A DNA stretch of 64,000 nt from Nemertoderma westbladi (taxonomy: Eukaryota; Animalia; Xenacoelomorpha), in the NCBI GenBank assembly GCA_032718475.1, contig JAUCBJ010008708.1, forward strand, positions 62,001 to 126,000. Reading direction: 5' to 3'. Below the pieces are notes generated by a model. The model searched no databases, was not told the DNA's origin, and was given only the letters and a program-made list of their open reading frames with translations. Shown here piece after piece: positions 32,691 through 45,565 of the stretch (position 1 is its first letter; each line of letters begins with the position of its first letter). The position numbers were made by a program, and so were the translations under genes.

Positions 32691-34140
32691 ATGACGGAAT
32701 TGATAGAAGATGACCTTGGTATCAGGGAGCGATATACTCTACCTTTACAAGCGTTTGTGGATAGCTTGATACGCGGTGAAGCCGATCCGACTATTATGGA
32801 GGACGATGGTCGTTATATCGAACCGCCGATGTCCCAGGAACAACTTACGCGTGAATTGGACTATAGAAAATTCACCGCTCGCTATACGAATCGTAATGGT
32901 ACGTATATGGACTTCTTAACTACCGGCCATCCTACCGATTTACATGATACGGACGATGTATACACCGAAAGGGAAATGGTTCTATTTAAATATCATACCC
33001 AGCGGAGTCGTAACGATAAACCGAGAATAGATCACGAAAATTATATTCGTAACAGACTGGGAAGACGGACCCATATGTTTAGAATCTGAAGAGATTCAGC
33101 CCCCACGTCTCGGAGTAGCGATAGCGACTACATATGGGAATGGTATCAAGGTCCACAGTGTCTCACTGCGTACGATTATCGCCATGCCAACTATGTTTCT
33201 CGGCAACGTTATCGATTATGCGCATCGAGAGACCATGTTACGCCCATGGACACAAACGTCCGCTGTTCCTATTTCCACGAACAACCGACGATGGAAATTT
33301 ATTGCGCGTATTACAGACTCAATAACTCGCACATTTTTGCGGTTTGCCCTCAATTGATGACTCAATGTCACCATTGTCAACTAAAGGGACGCGCCAGTTT
33401 CGATTGCCCTTTTTAGTCACGATTTGGAAAGCGTAGATGAAATGATCACACTACGTTACATCAGAGCTTGGGAAGCGAACGCTGATTTACATTGTGATTC
33501 ACGCCATCGCTATTATCCTGGACGCGCTTACGAAGGAGTTTATGCGTTCCATCCTTATTTGTTTGCCTCGGTCGAGCAGAAATCGCGCCTATCGAGTTAT
33601 GAACTATTGAAGCGCGTTGGAGAATGTATTTCAACCAAATATGTACGCAAATTTCTCAGGAGCATTAATCCGAGTGACATCAATTCGTACAACTTAATAA
33701 ACTTTATCCGTCAAGATCCGGCCTATGGAGACTTATTTGTCAACTCACACCCTGAGTTACAGGAAGTATATCGACGGCCTTACGAGTACAGAGCCCGCGA
33801 ACGCGAGTTGGAAAGAACCATTAAACCAAGGAAGTTTCTAACTGCCTATGGTCCACCCACGGCCCTCGTTCAGACCACTCGTAAAGGACCCGTAAGAGCG
33901 GCTGTCTTGAAACGAGCTCTCAAAGCCGTTAGACCCCTCTCCCCGGACGTTGATGTCAATCAACCCGGTACTTCGACCGGCGGATATACCGATCGCAATC
34001 CCATACCTTCTGATGCAATCATATTGCACCCTTCACCCAGGAGTTATAGCCCTCCTCGTAAAGTGGCTCGCCCCAAAGAGAAAAGGACTCTTGCTAGCTT
34101 TAAAAAACTGCGTAAACGCCGTCCGCGCAAGAAAGACTAA
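32691..34140 (+). pseudogene. BEL-B accessory ORF (about 482 aa reconstructed), zinc-knuckle-like with basic C-terminus
   Basis: The frame continues past the TGA at 33087 into YRLCASRDH…CAYYRLNNSHIFAVCPQLMTQCHHCQLKGRASFDCP. One extra T near 33411-33414 joins it to ORF 33424-34140, which ends KKLRKRRPRKKD. Confidence 0.7.
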
Positions 34141-34218
34141 CTGTTTAGAGTATTTACGTATATTAGAAACTGTGATTTTTGTATATTTATAGACTCAAAT
34201 CCCATTTTCTGGGAGCGG

Positions 34219-35465
34219 TGTAAAAGCTTCTGTGGGATATAACTGGCCCCTTTTGCTTCGCAATCCAGTTTCCCCCCAGGCGCTGGAATACTCTAAAAAG
34301 GTTCTCTAACTGTATATATATTCCCCTCGCCCGCAAGGTACCGTTACAGGTGTTTTAACGGACATAAAAGTCATTCTGCTATATACGTGTTTTGGCGGAC
34401 ATGTTAAGGCAAAAAACCTGCAATGCACCAACTACCTTTCACAGCTTAGCCGTGATGATTCATATTACGACATCTAACAGCTGGTTGCTGACATGGAAAC
34501 AGCCATTGGACGCATGGTTCTTTGTTTGGCTTGAGCCAATCAGAGCGATTTTTCCTGTCGACGTGTAGCTTTTCGGCCGATCATAAGGAGAGTGTTCAGT
34601 CTTACTGTTTTTACTTGATACTTTGTTGTTATTGCTGTCTAAGCCAGAAACACCGGCTTTTTGGGAAGAACTCTAGTAAACTGCTTGAATTATCGAAAGT
34701 ATAAACTGTTACCTCAATAACTCACTAATTAACATGCTCACTTAATTTAATTGCATTAATCATATTGTTTGTACTGTTATTTTACCGTCAGTTATTAATT
34801 GTACCTATTTGTTGATGGAAATATTGCTCTTTGGATAATACGGATAAATCACCCAAATTCCCAATTTTCTTGATACACTACAGGTTAGAGAGACCGGCTA
34901 TATATAACAATTGCGATTTATATCAATGTGGTGTGTATTGAATCTAATGTTATTTAGTAGACACTACCTGAGTCAATTGCTGTTCTCTTCATGTGTGATC
35001 AAATATACTGACGGTCGGCAGAATAGTGTGCATGATTGTGAGTGTGATGTGACTGGTAACAAAGCATTTCCTAAAGAATGCGACTTATACTTTAATCATA
35101 AGCCTTATCGTTGCGTTTAGTATAAGTCCTAGCTCTGTTTAAATAGATAGAGCGCCACGTCCTAAAGGAACTGTTAATATTTCCCGAAAGTTAATAATAT
35201 CTGTCAGAAATTAATTATTAGTGATCTATCGAATAATACAATAGGCTTACACTGCAACCTTACACTGCAATAATAAAATCTAAGCATCCGAATTCAGCCT
35301 CCCGGGTGTAGATCCATCGGGTGAATGATCGCGCATGGGCTGGCTTCGGCTAATGTTTTGTTTATTAGCATAAAATATTGTCGTATGCTAAAGGTGTGTT
35401 AATTAACTAAAAGACATATAAATTTTGGCAGGTTAAACTGCTAAAGGTCTTCAAAAGCGCGAACA
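34219..35465 (+). repeat. 3' LTR of BEL-B
   Basis: Direct repeat of 23427-24673; preceded by the PPT. Confidence 0.95.
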
Positions 35466-37474
35466 AGTATAGTGTTGGCGGTTACAATATGTAATTGGTC
35501 AGCACCAATAATAAGAGATATATTGCGCAGGCTACCATTAAATTCATCAGCCCATGGTTGGATGTGCGTTAAGTTAGTAGGTAAATGGGGCAAATATTCC
35601 TGTCTAATTGGAGGACAAAGAGATGTTGCAGTCCATGCACATAAAACCAAGGGTTGTGGCGAAAACTGACTCCGTAAAGAAATACTAACCTGAGTGGAGT
35701 CTTGAGAACAAATATGTCCTCCAAAGGAACCTGTAGTAAAAATCTGCTGCTGTAAACAAGGTAATGCTAATTCGTCGGCCACATTTTTTGTAATATATGA
35801 CCTTTTAGAACCATCATCCAGATAAATATAAATCCAGATACCTATATCTGAATTTGGCGGTGAGATAAATGCCTTAGCTATTTTAACAAAAACAGCAGAT
35901 GGATTAGGTTCGGTGGCATGAACAGATGGTTGGACATCGTTATAGATAGGTGTTGCTGTAGGTGGTTGCCATGGCAACATGCCATCGGGTTTTGTTAATG
36001 TTCTAGTATAAGTCTTAGAATTCGAGTGAGTACTTGCAGTTCCAGTACTAAGGCTAGGCTGGTGGTTTGATTTATTAGAACTATAACAAAGCAAAGAATG
36101 GTGGCGTTTGCCACAATGGCGGCAGGAGGTGGTTGAGGGACACAATGAATACTGGTGAGGTCCCAAACAATTGGTACACAGGTTTGATGCTTGAATAATG
36201 TTTGAACGAGCTAAAGGTAATTTGCTCATAAAGGATTTACACAATCTCAGACTATGGGGGGTGCCATTGCATGCAGGACAGGGAGAACGAGATGGATTCT
36301 CATTAATAGTAGTATAATTATTTTTGCCTCGATTGCCAACAGGTGAATGTCCTGTATTATCACTTATAGGCAAAGCAGCAACAGCACTAGGTTGGAGTGG
36401 TTGTCGCCTATAATTTGGCTGATGGAAGGTTGGTTTTATATTTGTCCGGGTTATTTCTTTGACTGACTGGGCATTAAAATCCAAAGATTCCCGAGTTTCT
36501 AATTCAGAATTGGCAAAATCTAACAATTTGTCTAGATTAAAACGATCGTCTGCATGTAGATGATTCCAATCCAGTACTACATCTGGAGGTAACTTCTGTA
36601 GCAGTAGAGGTGCTAATAATAAAGATGTAAGGTCATGTGTTGCAGTGGAAGTATCAACACTACAATTTGGGTTTATCTCACTAGATAAACTTTTGATCTG
36701 TCTAAGGGAAGATTGGAAAGAATTTAGAGTTTTTCTAAACATTGGTACATTATCAGTGGCTATATTTGGTTGGTTACACAACTTGGTGGCATAGAGTCCA
36801 ATTAAAAAATTGGGGTTCCCATATCGGCGTTTAAGGGTTTCTATGGCTATTATATAATTTTCGGCTGTTGCTTCCAGCCCTTCTAAAGCATCTCGGGCAT
36901 CTCCCTTTAAAGACTGCCGCAAATAAACAAATTTCCGGGTGGCCGGAATATTGCATTGATGAATTGATGTGGAAAATTGGTCCCAAAATGGGCGCCATTG
37001 CAAAAAATCACCAAAGAACTTTGGTATTTCAACCTTTGGTAAACCCCGGTCATCATCCTCCAATAGTTTGGTATGAGAACTAGAACTGGAAGAATCACTG
37101 GTTGGGGGTTGCTCTAGACGTGCTAGTAAACGGCTAGATTTGAATAAAATCTCATCTATTTCCTGGTCGAGTTTGTTAAAATTTACAATATTTAGGCCCA
37201 ACTCGGACAGTTCATTGTTTATTTTACACAGGTAAATACGGTGGTTTTCTAATACATGAATGGCATAGGCAAAATCATCAATTTCTACTGACTCACCTCG
37301 GCCTCTAAAACGATGTAAATCGCTTATTAATTTGTTGGCTTTAATTCGAGCCTGGTTATAAGAACGTTTTAAAACTTCAGCCTCAGCATTCTGACCTTCT
37401 GTTTCGACACGGTTGTCAGCAGCAGGGTTATTCTCTATATCTACAATATCGAGGGTATCATCTAGATCAGACAT
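35466..37474 (-). pseudogene. gag: BEL-A gag-protease (interrupted by BEL-B)
   Basis: LPKVEIPKFFGDFLQWRPFWDQF…KFVYLRQSLKGDA…RYG; three knuckles CPAC…H…C, CTNC…H…C, CRHCGKRHHSLLC; YLDDGSKRSYI protease. Confidence 0.92.
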
Positions 37475-37608
37475 ACCGGTACCGGTAGGCCCCTAATGGG
37501 CATAGGAGCATAGCAGTATAAGCCTACTGCTGTACTGACTGGTTGTAAGTGCTAGGTGGCGGTTGCGGTTGCAGGTTGGTAGGTAGTAGATTCCGGTCTC
37601 ACCACATA

Positions 37609-38105
37609 TGCTATGGTACCGGTATAATTTCACAGAAGACAATACAGCAGAAGTTTATTTATTTAAAATACATTGTTCCTTCTACTGTTCTAGTCACGTA
37701 CCAGTAGGCAGTACCGATAGATGTCATAATCCGGTTCGAAGATTGTGGTGTCTCTTTTCAACATATACCTAATATAATGAATAGTTGAGAAAACACCATG
37801 TTAAACATTTGGCAGGTAGGCGTCTTTCACAATAACAGTAATAATATAATATTGCAGTACCGGTATTGAATATTGACCACAATACACATAGGTGACATAC
37901 ACATTATCAGGTGTCAAGGATTACAGCAACCGGTATCCGTAGATAGGTCAGTAGGTACAGCAGAGCAGTACATCCACAATAGGCCTAGATAAAACCGACA
38001 TACAGACTTTCACAATATATATAATGAGGCCATGAGTCATAGACAGTTATAATAAAAGTCATTACACTTATAATAAAAGTCATTACAAACACACTGTTAC
38101 CATCA
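37609..38105 (-). repeat. Putative 5' LTR of BEL-A
   Basis: TGATGGTA…TACCATAGCA imperfect inverted termini, AATAAA near the 3' end, followed by TGG. There is no second copy to confirm the boundaries. Confidence 0.6.
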
Positions 38106-38228
38106 ATAATAAAACTCAGATAAAATGTTACACATAGCATAACTAAAAATCAAAATTTCTATGCTACAAAACAGATTTAAATAAAAAGAGTTAAACGTAT
38201 AATTAAAGAAATATTGCATTGTTTCCCA

Positions 38229-38935
38229 GCTACGTATGGAATAAACAAAATGTTCCAGAATATGGTATATTAAATAGAATAAATGGCCTGCAGGGGAAGC
38301 AAATACCTCCAACATTCAAATGCCAATATCTCAGCTTTTTTCCAACCAAATTCAAATGTTTTTACATATTTGGAATGCTTGCATGGGCAGCTTTCTAGCT
38401 GATGAGTAGATTAGATTTGATGGTTTGATACCATCAAATCACAATAATGTTGAAGAATGATTGCACTGTTACCTGTGAAAAATCGCCGGAGACACCTTTT
38501 TGTACCTGTACATGAAAGCAAAAATAAAAATTCTGGCTCACCCACGGAGGAGGATGGAGATGAAACTATCTCTGTTTCAATTTCATACAATCTCATTAAG
38601 ATTTCTAGAACAATTAGGGGGGGGGGGGGGGGGGGGTGGTGGAGGCATGTACCTGAATCAAGCAAAAGCAAACAGTCGGCCAAAGCCGGAGGCGACCCGA
38701 AGGCTCCTCTTTCGATAGCTGCTACCCGAGGGTAGGGGTGGGCGCCACTTCTATCCCATGATTTACTCTCAGTTATTTAACTGGTACTCATTTTATCGAC
38801 CCAGTGGTAGAAAGGCTGAGTAGACCCTGGCGGGGCTGAACATATAGACAACCAATAGATTGCAGGCCCGGCGCTCCACCATCTGAGCTACCCCGCCACC
38901 TGAATAACGACACTATATTCCAGGACATGGTGTAT
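38229..38935 (-). repeat. Long inverted-repeat arm, right (with SINE insertion)
   Basis: Reverse complement of 20021-20450 once 38659-38905 is removed. Confidence 0.75.
38659..38897 (-). mobile_element. tRNA-derived SINE (239 bp)
   Basis: Head GGCGGGGTAGCTCAGATGG (A box) … GTTCAGCCCC (degenerate B box). Body CTCAGCCTTTCTACC…GGTCGATAAAATGAGTACC resembles the MetaSINE-type central domain (from recall). (TTTGC)-like tail; 8-bp TSD ACCTGAAT (38651-38658 and 38898-38905). Confidence 0.85.
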
Positions 38936-39682
38936 CGCTGTACGTTTTATTAAATAATTAAGCAACAAAAAAGTACCAATTTAAGAATAAAATTACGTAG
39001 GCTACTACATGGGAAATTAAACGTAGAACATTTTTTTTCAATATTCTATCAACCCTTTATTAACCTCGCTGATGACGCTCGGTAAATAAAATGCCTCGAG
39101 AATAGTGAAAAAAAGTTCTATTTTTTTCCCATGTAATAAATAATTATTACGGCTTTCTTTAAATTCTAATTGTTGATATTGCACTTAACCAGTTTCGGAC
39201 ACTACCCCAGTTTGTTCTAGAACAAAATATAACCTGATTTGGATCCCACTTGCATTGTTATGGAACGATATATATATGTTCTAGAACCAAATTTTTTTCA
39301 AAAATAAATATATAAAGTGTTGAAGAACATTTTCAAAACAATTTCAAAACATTTTCAAAACATTTTCAATTTCGGCATGAATGCTACGAAGAGACTAGCA
39401 AAGGGCGTATCTCTCTCTACTTTGCACCCTTGATGTCACATATGTATACTATAGTTTGGTATTAGTAAAATTAATAGTTAATAAATTAATATAGTTAAAT
39501 TAATATAATAGATTAAATTACAATTTTTGTTCGATGTGTAGAGAAAATATGATGAAACATATACAGTACATGAAATATATAGTGTGGCACGTAGTGTGCT
39601 GCCACGGCTCTGACTTGGTTGAACTGAAGGCTATTTTCCTTGCACAAATAGTAAGTAGCTTCACGGCCAGTAGCTAGTAGGA

Positions 39683-41490
39683 CCCCCCACCCCCCAGATT
39701 TTTCTACAAATCTTTATCATAATGCTTGAAATTTGAAACACAACTAGTTCAACTTACCGTGGTTGTTACCATGAAGCCGGAATTTTCGATTTAACCTTTA
39801 GTTCTTTTTATAAGCGTTTTAAAAAAATGTCTTGTGCGAAATCGCACCCTCCGTATCGTGGCCATTCTTCACATTAGTCGTAATTTTTTCATATCATAAA
39901 AAATTCCAAATATTGGATTCCAAATATGTAACAATATATGAATTTGGTTGAGAAACAGCTGAGAAATAGGCGTTCAAAGATTGCAAGAATGATCATTCGC
40001 GGTAGGCCATTTATTCTATCTAAGCCATTTATTCTATCTAACTAGAAAGCCAGCAAGCTGGCTGGAAGGAGCCCGGGGGAAAAATCCTAGCCAAGACTAT
40101 TACAAAGAACTATGTCAGTCAGCAGTAAGTAAACTAAAATTGTCTAAACAATCGCGTGAGGCTAGCTGACTTTGTGGCTCGCCCCACATAATAAAAAATG
40201 CAACTTAGCTACCACTAACAAAAATATAATATGAAGCAAATAATTTCATTATCAAGAATGTTTACAAGATATAAGATGCGATTACTGAATATTTATAAAA
40301 AATGCCCATGATGCACAACCAGATAAATAACAATGAATAGAGCCAAATAACAAATTTAGTTTCCTTCTATAGGTATTACCCCGTCGTCAAGCGGAATATC
40401 TCTTCCCAGTGATTCTATGTGAATATGTAATATAGGTACTCCTTAGGCGGTAGGCCAGAGCGGGCTCCTTAAATACATGCAACTACTGTATTATAGTGTA
40501 GGTCAACTATAAAACATTTTGCAATCCACAGTGAGTATCGACTGCAATAGGACACAACACACTGCTTTGTGTAACTAAAATTCATTCTCCTGATCCACCC
40601 CCTAACATAGCAGAGTGAGTAACCTTATTGTAGATATACCCTTAGGAAGCACTGGGAAAGCAATCAGCTTATGGGGTAATACATTAGAAACCAACAGCTT
40701 ATGTGTGAGTAAACATTGCCTTTCCTTATAGCCTACTAGTAAAACTTGGCAACCAACACGTTTTTCTATGACTGTGTATAACATATTAAGCCATATTTCA
40801 TCATGAACACCAGCTATTATTTTACCATTGCTTTTAATTTCGCGACAAAACAATGTCAAAAAACTAAATATATCGAATACCACACATAGAATCGATCTGA
40901 AATTTTGTAACGCGATTATGAACCACCAAAGCAATGTACTTGCAAAATTTCATCAAAATCGCCAGGCAGGAAGTGCCTTAACCTAGATAATTATCAGTCA
41001 GTATGTCAGTCAGTATGTCAGTCAGTATGTCAGTCAGTGTAATGTATCCTGAGATTTTTACAGAAAGTATCCCTGAGATTCTTACAGTAAGTATCCCGCT
41101 GTCAAGCGGGCTCCTAATAAATACACATAATTCTAGAATGTGTTATGGCAACAGCGGTATTCCTATCCAATATATCTATTACGTAGCTATTCATACATAA
41201 ACAAAATGTTCCAGAACATCATGTATTTATTAAATAGAATAAATTGCCTTCAGCGAACATAAATTCTTGTAATCGTTGAACGCCTATATCTCAGCTGTTT
41301 CTCAACGAAATTCAGATATTGTTACATATTTCAAATCCTTGCAAGGCAAGCTATTTAATGATATGAAAAAGATAGGACTAATGTGAAGAATGGCCACGAT
41401 ACGGAGGGTGCGATTTCGCAAAAGAAACATTTTTAAACATATACAAAATATATATAAAACAATTAAAGGCACAATCGGAAATTCGGAATT
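39683..41490. mobile_element. Second foldback element of a related family; interior has Helentron/DINE-1-like features
   Basis: 39780-40020 is inverted relative to 41230-41490 (e.g. GCGAAATCGCACCCTCCGTATCGTGGCCATTCTTCACATTAGTC). The interior has AAATTTCATCAAAATCG, (CAGTCAGTATGT)n and the hairpin CCCGCTGTCAAGCGGG. Confidence 0.6.
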
Positions 41491-42194
41491 AACATATATT
41501 TAAAGTTTCCTGTTGTTCTAGAAAGTTAAACTGCATACCTACAAATAATTCCCCACAAATAAATAAAATTAGATTCGCCATTGTTAATAATTAGAACTTT
41601 ACAGCTTTTACCGGCCTCGTTTTGTTATCAACAACATCGCTCGTGCTGTTACGCTTTAAAGTGCTATTTTACGAACAATGATGTATATAGTTAATATCAC
41701 CCTATTGTTTAGCTAATCCTATTTGACAATAAGCGATAATACATGATAAACAGTATAACATAATCTTGGTGAAGAATTAAATTAAAACTAACTTTCAAGT
41801 TTATTCCAGGGCCTAATAATGTCGGTCTGTCTGTCTGTCTGTTCGTCAGTTTTGTGCCATTTAACTACATTAATTGTGCTTTATCTCGTGTAAATTTGCT
41901 AGTGCAATTAAATTAAAATTAATTTAATTTAATTTAATAAGATTACTTAATAAGAGTACTAGGTAGGAGAGATTTAATTTTTTTTTATTAGTCAAGCAAG
42001 AAAGAAAATCCTTACCAGCATAAAACCAACACCTGTTTTCATTAAAGGTTTGCAGAAAAATTAGGTGTATTGAACCAGTATAATCAACTACAGGGTATTC
42101 TGTAATTCGTAATAATAAAGCACCACTGGAATATACCGGAAGTTCTGGGATTCAGGCTAGGATTTATCTTCCCCCATTATCAAGATATTCCGAC

Positions 42195-43418
42195 ATGGTG
42201 CCGAATCCGAATGGTCCTGGAACGGTTTCAAGAGATTTAATAAAAAATGTTTACGGAACACCCAGAGATTCACTTAATCCATTACCAGGTGGTTCCGGTA
42301 TGGTGCCGAATCCGATTGGTCCTGGAATGGTTTCAAGAGATTTAATAAAAAATGTTTACGGAACACCCAGAGATTCACTTAATCCATTACCAGGTGGTTC
42401 CGGTATGGTGCCGAATCCGAATGGTCCTGGAATGGTTTCAAGAGATTTAATAAAAAATGTTTATGGAACACCCAGAGATTCACTTAATCCATTACCAGGT
42501 GGTTCCGGTATGGTGCCGAATCCGAATGGTCCTGGAATGGTTTCAAGAGATTTAATAACAAATGTTTACGGAACACCCAGAGATTCACTTAATCCATTAC
42601 CAGGTGGTTCCGGTATGTTATTAAATTCACAATTCCAGACTCATCAATATGAACAATTCCCAAGCGCGCTTCGTCCAATGTCGTCATCCCTTGGGCTTCC
42701 TTATTATACGTTTTCCCCGCATAAGAAAGTTCTAAATACATCAGAAGGAAATAGTTTTAATATAATAAGTTTTGGTCATGAAGATAATATTGCTCAATAC
42801 TCATATTCCTCAGTTTGTCGAGAAACTCTTTCACTGACAGCAAAAAGAAACATCATTGATACATCTCTAAGTTGTAAAGAAAGCAAAACAATGTCATTTG
42901 ATATTCCAAATTACAGCCCATCAGAGATAAAAGTGCTGGGTATGAAAAATGTAATATTAGGAAATGCTGATCATTTGTCAAACAGTAAACCTGTTTGGAG
43001 CATCTTCTTCGAGAAGGATGCCGAAGCCGCTCAGTTTCTACATCACTATAACATCGCTCATAGCGAATCCACAATGCGATTTGATTTTAAACCAAAAAAT
43101 ATGACCATTTACACAGCCACCAATCAACAAATCAGATTGCGACCAGAAGTAAAAAAATCATTGATTCTAGAAAATGGCCAACTCAAATTCAGCTGTGCCT
43201 TTGATAAAGTATTTTCATTGGCCATACTTAGTGGTGAAACAGAAGTATGTAGAAAAGATAACGAAGTAATCTTAACAAATAAAGGAGAACACAAAACTCC
43301 AATCTTAACTAGAAGAGGAAAATTAAAAAATATCAATGCTACTCATACTATCCTCAAATTCTCAACAGAAGAAGATGCCAAACCAGTTGAGCTCTTCCTG
43401 AAGCATAACTTAAATTAA
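42195..43418 (+). CDS. Orphan protein: 4 x 35-aa near-identical repeats + about 240-aa globular C-terminus
   Basis: 407-aa uninterrupted ORF in AT-rich DNA; 105-bp repeats at 42195-42616; AATAAA overlaps the stop. Confidence 0.6.
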   Translation: MVPNPNGPGTVSRDLIKNVYGTPRDSLNPLPGGSGMVPNPIGPGMVSRDLIKNVYGTPRDSLNPLPGGSGMVPNPNGPGMVSRDLIKNVYGTPRDSLNPLPGGSGMVPNPNGPGMVSRDLITNVYGTPRDSLNPLPGGSGMLLNSQFQTHQYEQFPSALRPMSSSLGLPYYTFSPHKKVLNTSEGNSFNIISFGHEDNIAQYSYSSVCRETLSLTAKRNIIDTSLSCKESKTMSFDIPNYSPSEIKVLGMKNVILGNADHLSNSKPVWSIFFEKDAEAAQFLHHYNIAHSESTMRFDFKPKNMTIYTATNQQIRLRPEVKKSLILENGQLKFSCAFDKVFSLAILSGETEVCRKDNEVILTNKGEHKTPILTRRGKLKNINATHTILKFSTEEDAKPVELFLKHNLN

Positions 43419-44014
43419 TAAATGGAATGTAAATTTTTTGTTACATCATGTCAAGTTATCAGCGTTCTGATGAAGTACTTGTAATGCTGCAAAGTACCAC
43501 TTTGCAGCGTTGCGGCCTATAGCAGAACGTAGCAAAGTAATCAATAACCTGGAAACAATTTCAATTACTGTATTCCAGTTTAATGTATTATTTCCATGTA
43601 TGAATGTATTAACCCTATAGTTGGGAATCTGAAATTTTATGACTTTTCTAAAAATCTATTGTCTTCAAAAAAATATTGTCTTCTAAAAATATACTAAATA
43701 AATATTTTTAAAAATATTGTGAAAAGTGGGTTAATTGCACAGAGCAGGCGATTTTAATGAAAACAATTTAATTGATGTGTTTTGGTAATAAAAAGCTGTC
43801 AATCAATACTGTGATATATAAAAAAAACTCACAAATTTATGATTTTGTGTGTTTTCACAACACATGGCTTAATAGTAACACAGTGCGACAAAAAGCTTGA
43901 TAATGAAGAATTATGTAGCTAATGTTTTTTCTGTCAGTTTTGTTCTAGTACAGTTTCGAATAACTTATCTCAACTTCTTGTTTGTCTATCTCCAGGTGTT
44001 CTGTGGTTGCCTCA

Positions 44015-44790
44015 CATCTACTCCCCAATAATGTTGGCTACCTCACATCTGCTTCCCAATGGTGGCTACACCACATTACACCCCAATGGTGGCTACACCA
44101 CATTACACCCCAATGGTGGCTGCACCAAAACTACTTTCCATTGTGGCTGAACCACAACAACTCCCCAATGGTGTATGAACCACATCAAGTCCCCAATGGT
44201 GGCTGCACTACACCTACTCCCCATTGGTGTCTGCACCACATTACTCCCCAAGGGTAGCTGCACCATAACTAGTCTCCAATTGTGGCTGAACCACAACTAC
44301 TCCCCAATGGTAGCTGCACCACATTACTCCATAATGGTAGCTGCACGAAAACTACTCTCCAATTGTGGCTGAAACAAAACAACTCCCCAATGGTGTATGC
44401 ACCAATTCAACTCCCCAATGATGGCTGCACCACATCTACTCCCCAATGGTGTATGCACCACATCTACTCCCCAATGGTGTCTACACCACATTACTCCCCA
44501 ATGGTGGGTGCACCAAAACAACTCTCAAATTGTGGTGCGGTCAATGGTGGCCGCACCACTTCAACTCCTTCATGGGGGCTGCTCCATATTTAATCCCCAA
44601 TGGTGTCTGCACCACATCAACTCCACAATGATATCTGCACCACATCAACTCCCCAATGGTGGCTGCACCACTTCAATTCCCCAATAATGGTGGCTGCACC
44701 ACATCTACTCCACAATGGTGTCTGCACCACATCTACTCCCCAATGGTGGCTGCATCACATTACTCCCCAATGGTTGTTGCACCAAAACTA
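44015..44790. repeat. 27-28-bp minisatellite, about 28 copies
   Basis: Approximate consensus CTCCCCAATGGTGGCTGCACCACAT(C)TA. Confidence 0.9.
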
Positions 44791-45565
44791 GTTTCCAATA
44801 ATAAATCCTTTCTTCACATACCGAACTCTAATAAGTTGATAAAATGTAGCAAAATTACATACATCATTGCTTGCAAAGGTCACTTTTCAGCGTTAAAGTC
44901 CCTTGTTTATTTATGTCAACCTCCCTCGCTGCGCTCCCTCGGTACATAAATAAAAGCGGGTCATAACGAAGCAAAGTGCTACTTTGCACACAATGATGTA
45001 AATAGTTATTAAATGTTTCTATAATTTATAAAACCAAAAATGTTTACAAACGAAAATCGGTCCATATCGTGGTGTGATGATGTTAGGCAACGTTTACACT
45101 ACAAAGTGAAAAATGTATAACATTACTAAAACATAAAATAACCCACTCATTTTCTCTCATAGAAACAGCCCCAGTTGACATTTCATAATGATGAATGGGA
45201 GAATCTTTTAGGCTCGCTAAGCCAAGGAATACCTGTTCACCACCATGGGTAATCTTCCACATTAAACCCTTCCACTATTGCCTTGGTTCCCAATTATCGA
45301 CCAGTTAAGGATGAAAGACAGGGTTGGGCTGGGCTGCAGCATTTAAAGCACTGTGCCCGAACAGGCAGCGTCCTGCAGGCACGTGTCCAATGCATTCAAT
45401 CGGATAAACCGGGTAACGGAAATAAATGCACGTGGCTTATTCCATTGTTACTTGAACTGGGTTCCAGCCGAAAACAATCTCTGGAAATGAATTATTTTCG
45501 GCTGGAACCCAGTTCAAGAAGCGAACTGGAAAGCTATGGACTCATAGTGGACCCAGTGGTCACAA

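Larger units (their letters stand above)
23427..35465 (+). mobile_element. BEL/Pao element B, young non-autonomous insertion (12.0 kb)
   Basis: 1247-bp TG…CA LTRs (offset 10792; one mismatch noticed); 5-bp TSD AGTAT (23422-23426 and 35466-35470); PPT GGGAGCGG at 34211-34218. Confidence 0.95.
20757..38105 (-). mobile_element. BEL/Pao element A, 3'-truncated inside integrase, interrupted by BEL-B
   Basis: Removing 23427-35470 rejoins one ORF (…HIVTANTIL|NVGLPRPVDTFFGY…). Putative 5' LTR 37609-38105; TGG-initiated PBS-like sequence at 37593-37604; no 3' LTR. Confidence 0.88.

Noticed and set aside
32691-34140. env gene
   Set aside because: The position is env-like, but no signal peptide or transmembrane helix is visible.
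39068-39115. CTGATGA…GAAA hammerhead candidate (also CTGA[A/T]GA near 3920 and 43467)
   Set aside because: Stems I and III cannot be formed, or the GAAA core is missing.
43982-44949. His/Pro/Trp-rich ORFs
   Set aside because: Translations of a 27-28-bp minisatellite with constant frame switching.
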